Shown here: piece after piece, positions 38,401 to 47,400 of the stretch
How the letters are laid out: each line of letters opens with the position of its first letter
Position numbering within the stretch: position 1 is the first letter of the stretch
Source: Chiloscyllium plagiosum
Taxonomy: Eukaryota
NCBI RefSeq assembly: GCF_004010195.1
Contig: NC_057750.1
Location: 10,348,810 to 10,396,805 of the forward strand
Reading direction: 5' to 3'
Length of the DNA stretch: 47,996 nucleotides
Position numbers and translations under genes: made by a program
The notes under the pieces: generated by a model
Told to the model about the DNA's origin: nothing
The model's input: the letters and a program-made list of their open reading frames with translations, nothing else
The model's database searches: none

Positions 38401-41400
38401 GCCACAGAGTTCCAGTTTTCACTTGATCAGATCCTGGGGATTTATCCACCTTTATGCGTTTCAAGACATCCAGCATTTCCTCCTCAATATGGACATTTTT
38501 CAAGATGTCACCCTCCATTTCCCCACTTTCTACATCATCCCTGATGCAAAATACTCCCCCCATCTCCTGTGGCTCCACACAAAGGCTGTCTTGCTGATTT
38601 TTGAGGGGCCCTATTTGCTCCCTAGTTACCCTTTTGTCCTTAATGTATTTGTAAAAACCCTTTGGATTCTCACTAACCCCCTATTTGCCAAAGCTATCTC
38701 ATGTCTCCCTTTTGCCCTCCTGATTTCCCCCTTAAGTATACTCCTACTGCATTTATACTTTTATAAGGATTGACTCGATCTATCCTGTTTATACCCGAAG
38801 TATGCTTCCTTCTTTTTCTTAACCAAACCTTCAATTTCTCTAGTCATCCAGCATTCCCTACACTTACCACCTTTCCTTTCACCCCAACAGGAATATACTG
38901 TCTCTGGACTTTCGTTATCTCATTTCTGAAGGCTTCCCATTTTCCAGCCGTCCTTTTACCTGCGAATATCTGCCCCAATCAGCTTTTGAAAGTTCTTGTC
39001 TAATACTGTCAAAATTGACCTTCCTCCAATTTAGAACTTCAACTTTTAGATCTGGTCTATCCTTTTCCATCACCATTTTACAACTAATAGAATTATGGTC
39101 ATTGGCCCCAAAGTGCTCCCCCACTGACACTTCAGTCACCTGCCCCGTCTTATTCCCCAAGAGTAGGTCAAGTTTTGCACGTTCTGTAGTAGGTACATCC
39201 ACATACTGAATCAGAATATTTTCTTGTACACACTTAACAAATTCCTCTCCATCTAAACCCTTAACACTATGGCAGTCCCAGTCTATGTTTGGAAAGATAA
39301 AATCCCCTATCATAACCTCCCTATTATTCTTACAGATAACTGAAATCTCCTTACAAATTTGTTTCTCAATTTCCCACTGACTATTAGGGGATCTATAATA
39401 CAATCCCAATAACATGATCATGCCTTTCTTATTTCTCAGTTCCACCCAAATAACTTCCCTGGATGTATTTCTGGGAATATCCTCTGTAAGTACTGCTGTA
39501 TTGCTATCCCTTATCAAAAATGTCACTCCCCTTTCTCTCTTGCCTCCCTTTCTATCCTTTCAATAGCATTTGTATCCTGGACCATTAAGCTGCCAGTCCT
39601 AGGTAAAAACAAGGACTGCAGATGCTGGAAACCAGAGTCCAGATTAGAGCCTGCTGTGCTTTTCCAGCACCACTCTAATCTAGATGCTGCCAGTCCTGTC
39701 CATCCCTGAGCCATGTTTCTGTAATCGTTATGATATCCAAGTTCCATGTTCCTAACCATACCCTGAGTTCATCTGCCTTCCCTGTTAGCCCTCTTACATT
39801 GAAACGAATGCAGTTTAATTTATCAGTCCGACCTTGTTCTCTGCTTTGTCCCTGCCTGCTCTGAGTGTTTGACTCACTTCTTTTCTCAACTGTACCAGTC
39901 TCAGCTTGATCTCTTTCCTCACTATCTCTCTGGGTCCCAGCCCCCTTCCTTGTTTAAATGCTCTCAAGCAGCTCTAGCAAATCTCCCTTCCAGTTTATTA
40001 GTCTCCTTCCAATTCAGGTGCGATCCATCCTTCTTGTACAGGTCACTACTACCCCAGAAGAGATTCCAATGATCCAAAAATGTGAATCCTTTTTCCATAC
40101 ACCAGCTCCTCAGCCACGCCTTCATCTGCTCTATCCTATTCCTATCCTCACTAGCTCTAGCACCGGGAGTAAACCAGACATTACTACCCTTGAGGACCTC
40201 CTTTTTAAATTCCTGCCTAACTTTCTGTATTCTCCTTTTAGAATCTCATCCTTTTCCCTTCCTATGTTTTTGGTATAAATGTGTACAATGACCTCCTGCT
40301 GGTCCCTCTCCCCTTTGAGAACATTCTGCACCCTCTCTGAGACATCCTTGATCCTTGTACCAGTGAGGCAACACAGCATTCTGATTTTTTGCTGCTGGCC
40401 GCAAAAACGTCTGTCTGTGCCTCTGTCTAGAGAGTCCCCTAACACAATCAATCTCTTGGAACCCAATGTACCTCACATTGCATTAGAGCCTGTCTTGTTA
40501 CCAGAAACTTGGCTGTTCATGCTACATTCCCCTGAGAGTCCATCATCACCTACATTTTCCGAAACAGCATACTTATTTGAAATGGGGATAGCCACTGAAG
40601 ACTCCTGTACTACCTGTCTACCTCTCCTAGCTTTCCTGGAGTTAACCCTTCCACTTGACTGTATCTTCGGCTTTTCTCCCTTCCTATAACTGCCATCCAT
40701 CACACTCCCTTGCTCTTGTAAATTCCTCATTGCCTCTAACTGTCACTCCAACTGATCCATTCGATGTGATAGGATTCGCAACCAAAGACAGTTATTGCAG
40801 ATATAATCCTCAGTAACCCGTAAACTCTCCCAAAACTCCCACGCCCAACAAGAGCATATCACTTTACCAAAGGCCATTTTGCTCCTTTCAATCTACAGAC
40901 CCAGAAAATAGCATCATCTTATTGCTCTACAAAACACTGCTCCAGGCTAACTTAATACTTATAGTTTACATTTTAAAAATTTAATCAAGAGACAGATCCT
41001 AATAAAAACATATAATCAGGAAAGAATTCACACTACTCACTATTGTGGATTTACAGCAAGGCTGTACTTAAAACTATTCACTTATCTGTTTCTGTGCTGT
41101 GACCTCTTCCAAATAGGTTTCTCCAAGATCTGTTGTGAATTACACTGTTAAAGTTTCCTTGACATACGCTGATGTCCAGCGATACATGAATTCAAACAGC
41201 AAAGGCAGTAACTGCTCAGATTCACTGCTGTGTCAGTTAGCAGTATGGGTTTCTTTCTTCTCTCCTTTACAGACCACGTCCTTTGTCAGTGGCTCTCCCT
41301 TTTAAAAGTGCCATTTTGACTTTTTTTCTCCAAAGTTCCAAAACAATTGCAACACCATATAAAACCGTCATTTGAGGAAATCACCTCATAGGCCTAAAAT

Positions 41401-44400
41401 TCCTCAAAATGGAGCAGCTGTTACAGATACAAATGTTTCCCATCCTCCATCTTGGATTACCCACTAACAAAGGTCCATGCAGTAAATCATGCAGCATCCA
41501 AGGAGCAGCGAAATCGACGTTTCGGGCAAAAGCCCTTCATTATTATTCTTGATGAAGGGCTTTTGCCCGAAACGTCGATTTTGCTGCTCCTTGGATGCTG
41601 CCTGAACTGCTGTGCTCTTCCAGCACCACTAATCCAGAATCTGGTTTCCAGCATCTGCAGTCATTGTTTTTACCATGCAGTAAATCACACTGTAAAAGTC
41701 ATAGTTTCAGAAAGACCGACTACAACATTTGGGTGAAAAAGTGCACAATGTCATGGCAACTTGGACGACCTGGTCAGTCGAAAGCTATCCAATTTCCCAT
41801 CACACTTCTGGGCTTTTCTCAACAGTCATAGAGATGTACAGCACGGAAACAGACCCTTCGGTTCAACTTGTCCATGTTAACTAGTTATCCTGACCTAATC
41901 TAGTCCCATTTGCCAGCACCTGGCCCATACCCCTCTAAACCCTTCCTATTCATAGTCCCAGCCTGATGCCTTTTAAATGTTGTATTGTACAAGCCTCCAC
42001 CATTTCCTCTGTCAGCTCATTCCATACATGCACCACCCTCTGTGTGCATATCAAATGTTTTCCTTTTGAAATCTCGATCAAATTGCATGGAATTTTGAAA
42101 TCCATCCCCACATTCAGCAGCTCATTCCAGATAATAACATTCACCAAATCCCCCCGCCATGTGATCGTGTGTAACACAGAAGTCTATTGTGTTGCATTTC
42201 TGAACAGTTTTTCACTTGGTTTCATTGCAAAACGTGTGCCCCCAGGGAAGGAATTACAAATCAAACTAGTTACTCTGGTTTCTATGGTGTTCAGGTAAAG
42301 CTGTCAGTGTGTGCTTCTCAGAGGTAAATGTGAGCAGAAACAGGGTATTTGACGCCATTTGTTCGATTGGAAAGGTTGCTATCTAAGGCCTTTCAGCCCC
42401 TCTAGTGTACTGGGGAGACTGGGAACTTCAATGCCTCTTGTTCTGTGTGCTTTGATCACAAAGGTTACGTGACATAAATTAAGAAGTATTGAGGCATCAC
42501 AGAGAGAAATGTGTTGTTTAGAGAACTCTCTGCATTTCCAATTTGAACTGTTTTGGCCTTAGGCAGATTGGGTAATGATCATGGAATGTATTTGTTCGAT
42601 ATGTAGACTGTTGTCCAACTGTCCTTGTTGAAATTGCTGGCAAATCCTACAACATCCAAATCAAAATGCTCATGTGATGTTTTTGTTCCTGATTTTAAGA
42701 AAAAAATATTTTTTGGACAGATTGGAATTTAAGCCTGCTCCTCACTTCCTTTTTGAAATATTCAAACACCCTTTTCCAAATTTTGTTTCCAGCTCCCTTT
42801 CCCTCCACGTCACCAGATCTGTGTGTGCAGTGAATGTGGGGAGCTGGGGGGGAAAGAGTGTGTAGGAGAGAGTACATGTGAGGTTAATAGAGATTGGGTG
42901 AGGGGGGAAGAGTGGGTGAAAGAGGGTGAGTGAGGGAGGGAAAGAGATGGTGGGTGGGAAGGGATGAGTGAGGGGGTGAGAGTGACACAAGGGAAGAATG
43001 AATGAGTGAGAAGGTGTCAAATCCTGGGGGGGATTTTGAAATTTTCAAGGAGAAAATCACCCCTCATTCGTCTAACCTCCAGCGAAAATGGGCCCAAGTC
43101 TCCTCAGTCTTTCCTCTCTGGATAGAGCAACATAGAAGTAATGATGGGGAGGCTGTTGCCCATTGAGTCACTTCAATGGCCTGCAATTACAACCAAACTC
43201 CACCCACTGTGCCAATCACTTACAGCTTATTGGTAGTTAATTGACAAAGACAGGCCAATAAAATTCAAAATGGTAAACTCAGTTTAATTTGAGAGATGTT
43301 AGTCTGCACTGACAAGGAAACACTCCCTCAAGAAGGACCTGACACTTTTACTGCATTATCACTGATTACTCCTCATGGTCGCAACCCCATGTGCCATCCT
43401 GAAATATTTGATGGGGATACTGCAGAGAGAGCTTTACTCTGCATTTAATCCTGTGTTGTATCTGTTCTGGGAGTGTTTGATGGGGACAGTCAAGAGAGGT
43501 TACTTTCAGTTTTAAAAGAATAGAGCTTTACTTTTGGTTTAAAGGAGTTGAGGGACTATCACTCTCTATGTAAACATGTGCTGTCTCTATCCTGGGAGTG
43601 TTTGTTGGCGACAGTGTAGAGGTAGTTTTACTAGTTTTACCCTGTATCTAAGTCTAGGAGTGTCTAATGGGGACAGTATAGAGTCATAGAGATGTACAGC
43701 ATGGAAACAGACCCTTCAGTCCATGCCGACCAAATATCCCAACCCAATCTAGTCCCACCTGCCAGCGCCCGGCCCATATCCCTCCAAACCCTTCCTATTC
43801 ATATACCCATCCAAATGCCTCTTAAATGTTGCAATTGTACAAGCCTCCACTACTTCCTCTGGCAGCTCATTCCATACACGTACCACCCTCTCTGTGAAAA
43901 TGTTGCCCAGTAGGTCTCTTTTCTATCTTTCCCCTCTCACCCTAAACCTATGCCCTCTAGTTCTGGAGTCCCCGACCCCAGGGAAAAGACTTTGCCTATT
44001 TACCCTATCCATGCCCCTCATGATTTTGTAAACCTCTATAGGGTCAACCCTTATCCACTGATGCTCCAGGGAAAGCAACCCCAACCTGTTGAGCCTCTCC
44101 CTGTAGCTCAAATCCTCCAACCCTGGCAACATCCTTGTAAATCTTTTCTGAACCCTTTCAAGTTTCACAACATCTTTCCTATAGGAAGGAGACCAGGGAG
44201 CTTTACTCTGTATCTAACTCCATGCTGTGCTTGACGTGAGTGTTTGATGGGGACAGTGTAGAGGAAGCTTTATTTTAAATTGACTTTGAGTTTAGAAGGG
44301 TGAAGGAAGCTTTACTCTGTATCTAACCACATGCTGTCTCTATCGTGGGACTTTGATGGTGAAAGTGTAGATGAAACTTTACTTGCAGTTTAAAAGAGTT

Positions 44401-47400
44401 GAGAGATCTTTACTCTATGTCTAGCCCCACTGTGTCCTTATCAATTCAGTATCATAGAGAACTTTACAGTGTTTGCCTGATCTAGAAAACATGCTATTCC
44501 AAGTGAGGACTGCCTGGAATATAAAACTTCCCTGGAATGTTGGCGTTGATAACTAATCAGTGAAATTAATCTCGAGATCTCTCTCTTTGATGGATCTACA
44601 GCAAACAGTGTTTGATGCGGGAGAAGGTTGGGTCCTTACTTGGCATAGGCCTTCTCTAGAAGGGCACTCCAGAGTTCATTCCGTGAGGACGATGAGGTGA
44701 AGATTAGTCTCCGGTTCTTCACTGGGAGTTGATCATCCACTACGACCTCCACCCATTTTCCGTACTGCCAGAACTTGGAGAACAGGCAGATTTAAACATT
44801 GTATATAAAACTGGTCCTTTTGTCTAAATGCCCCCCCCCCCCCCCCCATCATCCCCAGCCCCAGCCTGTTTGCATCTGTTCCCCTCCCAAAGGCCTGTCT
44901 CCATGGGAAGTGCAACATCCTCACTCAATCAGCCATTCTTCAGCAGGGAGTTGGGGTTGAATTTTACCCATCGTGAGGCAATGCTGGTGCAGTGGCCATG
45001 ATGTTAGTGGATGAACGATCTTAGCATGAGTATTGATCCAGGGTCAAGTATTCAAATCCTACCCCAGCTGCTGGCAGAATTTAAAGTTAATTAATAAATC
45101 TGCAATTAGAATCTAGACTGGGTGATGATAACCATGACAACCACCATCAGCTGTAGTAAACATTCATCTGATTCACTAATGCCATTTTGGGGAATGGCAA
45201 TCTGCTGTCTTTAACTGTCTGGCCTACACATGCCCCCAGGACCCCCTCGGGATTGAATCAAACCATCATTCCTCATGAACAGACAGACCAACACACTCAT
45301 AAACAGACACACAAGTGTATTCCATACAAGTGCACACACTCACACAAACAGAAACTCACTTATACACAGATGTTCACACACTCTCACGACGCACACATTT
45401 CTAGCTGCAGTGCCTCCATCTGATGGGGTTGAACCCAGTTCCGTACCCGGAAGTGGAAGATCCCAGCATACGGCTGCTGAAAACTCTGCTCAGTGGGAAC
45501 TGCATAAGTGAAGAGCTTCTCATCGAGGGTCAGTGAGGACATAGCTGCCAGGAACCAGCAATCACCTGTAAAGAGGAGAGAGTTCGATTGAGAGGGGAAA
45601 ATGAAAAAAAAAGTGAGTGAGATTAAGACAGTGAGTGAGAGAGAGAGAAAATGGCAGAGCAAGAGAAGGAATGAGAGAGAGGGGGGGATAAAGTTAATGT
45701 GAGAGAGAAAAGTAAGAGAAATTAAGACAGATTTTGATTGAGAGAACATCCCCACTCCTGACCTTAAAATGGAAACATATTATATGCAGGGAGGTGATGG
45801 CATAGTGGTTATTATCACTATTGACTGAGTTTGAATCCTGCCATGGTAGATGGTGGAATTAGAATTCATTAATATCTGGAATTAGGAGGTTAATAACAGC
45901 CATGAAACCAATGTCAGAGAAACCCATCTGGTCACTAATGGGAAGGGAAATGTTGTCTTTACATGGCCTACATGTGACTCCAGACCACAGCAATGTGGTT
46001 GACACTTAACTGTCCTCTGGACAATTAGGGATGGATAATAAATATTAGTCTGACTAGTGACGCCCACATCCTGTGAATTGATTTAAGAAAAAGAGTTCAC
46101 TGGTGGTTGAACAATGTTCTGCGCCATTAACAACTTTGAAGCAGTTGATGTTCATATGGGACAAGATCTGGACTATATTCAGGCTTGGGCTAAAATGTAC
46201 CAAGAAACAATTGTGTCACGCAACTGGGCATTGGTGAGACTTCACCAAGAGCATACGGTTCAGTTCTGCACACCCTACACTGAGAGGGACATACTTGCTT
46301 TGGAAACAGTTGAGGAAAAGATGATGAGGGTGAAGGAGGGAGTGAGTTGGAGAATTTTTAGGGACACTCGGTGCCTTTAATGAGGGTGTTCCAGGATTTT
46401 GAAAGAACAGCAATTTATTTCCAAGTCAGGATGGTGAGTAGTTTGGAGGGAGCCTGTAGGTTGTGGTGTCCCCTTGCCGCTGGTACCCTTCCAAATATCC
46501 AGTCCCTTATCCTGCAAATGTGACCCCATAGTTCTAGATTTCCTTGCTAAGGGAACCATTTTCTCAGTGTCTCCCCTCTGCAGCACCTTAAGGCTTTTCA
46601 TTGTCAATTGTTTTCATCAGGTCATCAAGCTTCTTATGATGACTGACTGCTGCCTCTATGCCCATCATTCTGAGGAGAAATGCTGCTCCCAGCTGTTCCA
46701 TGGATTTGGAGCCAGTTGGAGTATGCAACAAAAAGACCTTCATTTATATGGCACTTTTAATATAATAAAATGGAACTTTATAAAACACATGACTCCAAAC
46801 CATGTGTTAGAGATAGTAGGTCAGATGATCCAGTTTGACCAAAGATGGAGCTTAATAGAGAGTCTGGAAAGTGAGGTTGAGAGATTTGGGGAAGGGAAAT
46901 CCTTGAGCTTGGCATATAGGCAACTCTCAAAACAGGTGTATCATGGGATTTGACACAGAGTAAAGCCCTTCTACACCTCGCCCATCAAACACTCTCAGAA
47001 CAGTGACAGGATGGGCTTCCAGAGTAAAGCTTTCTCTACACTGTCCCATCAAACACTCCCAGAACAGGGAGAACACCAGGTTAGATATCAAGTTCCCTTA
47101 ACACTGTCCCATCAAACACTCCAAGAACAGGTACAAAGCGTAGGGTTAGATACAGAGTAAATCTATCTCTCCACTTTCCCCATCAAATAGTCCTAGTACA
47201 GTGACATTTTGACACTTAGTTTATTTTTCCGAGTGGACTGGGACTAGGAAGACAATCAGATGATTCTTGTACGTTTGAATTTCACGGTATATTCTGTGTT
47301 CTTATCCGTCCAGGTACACGCTGGAGAGTATAGTGAAGGAATATTTCCCAGGGAATGTACCAGAACTCCCGGCTGTCTCAGCGCTAAGGAGCAGAGAAGG

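Larger units (their letters stand above)
36670..41460 (-). mobile_element. Near-full-length CR1 LINE, inactivated
   Basis: Esterase IVLGDS (40131..40466); [28 protein letters not shown] (38915..39526); [24 protein letters not shown]. Confidence 0.93.

Noticed and set aside
20778..41460. Active autonomous LINEs
   Set aside because: Both long CR1 copies have multiple stops, frameshifts and insertions.
8350..44194. Sense-orientation bias of intronic CR1 copies
   Set aside because: Several plus-strand fragments also exist and the numbers are too small to claim a bias.
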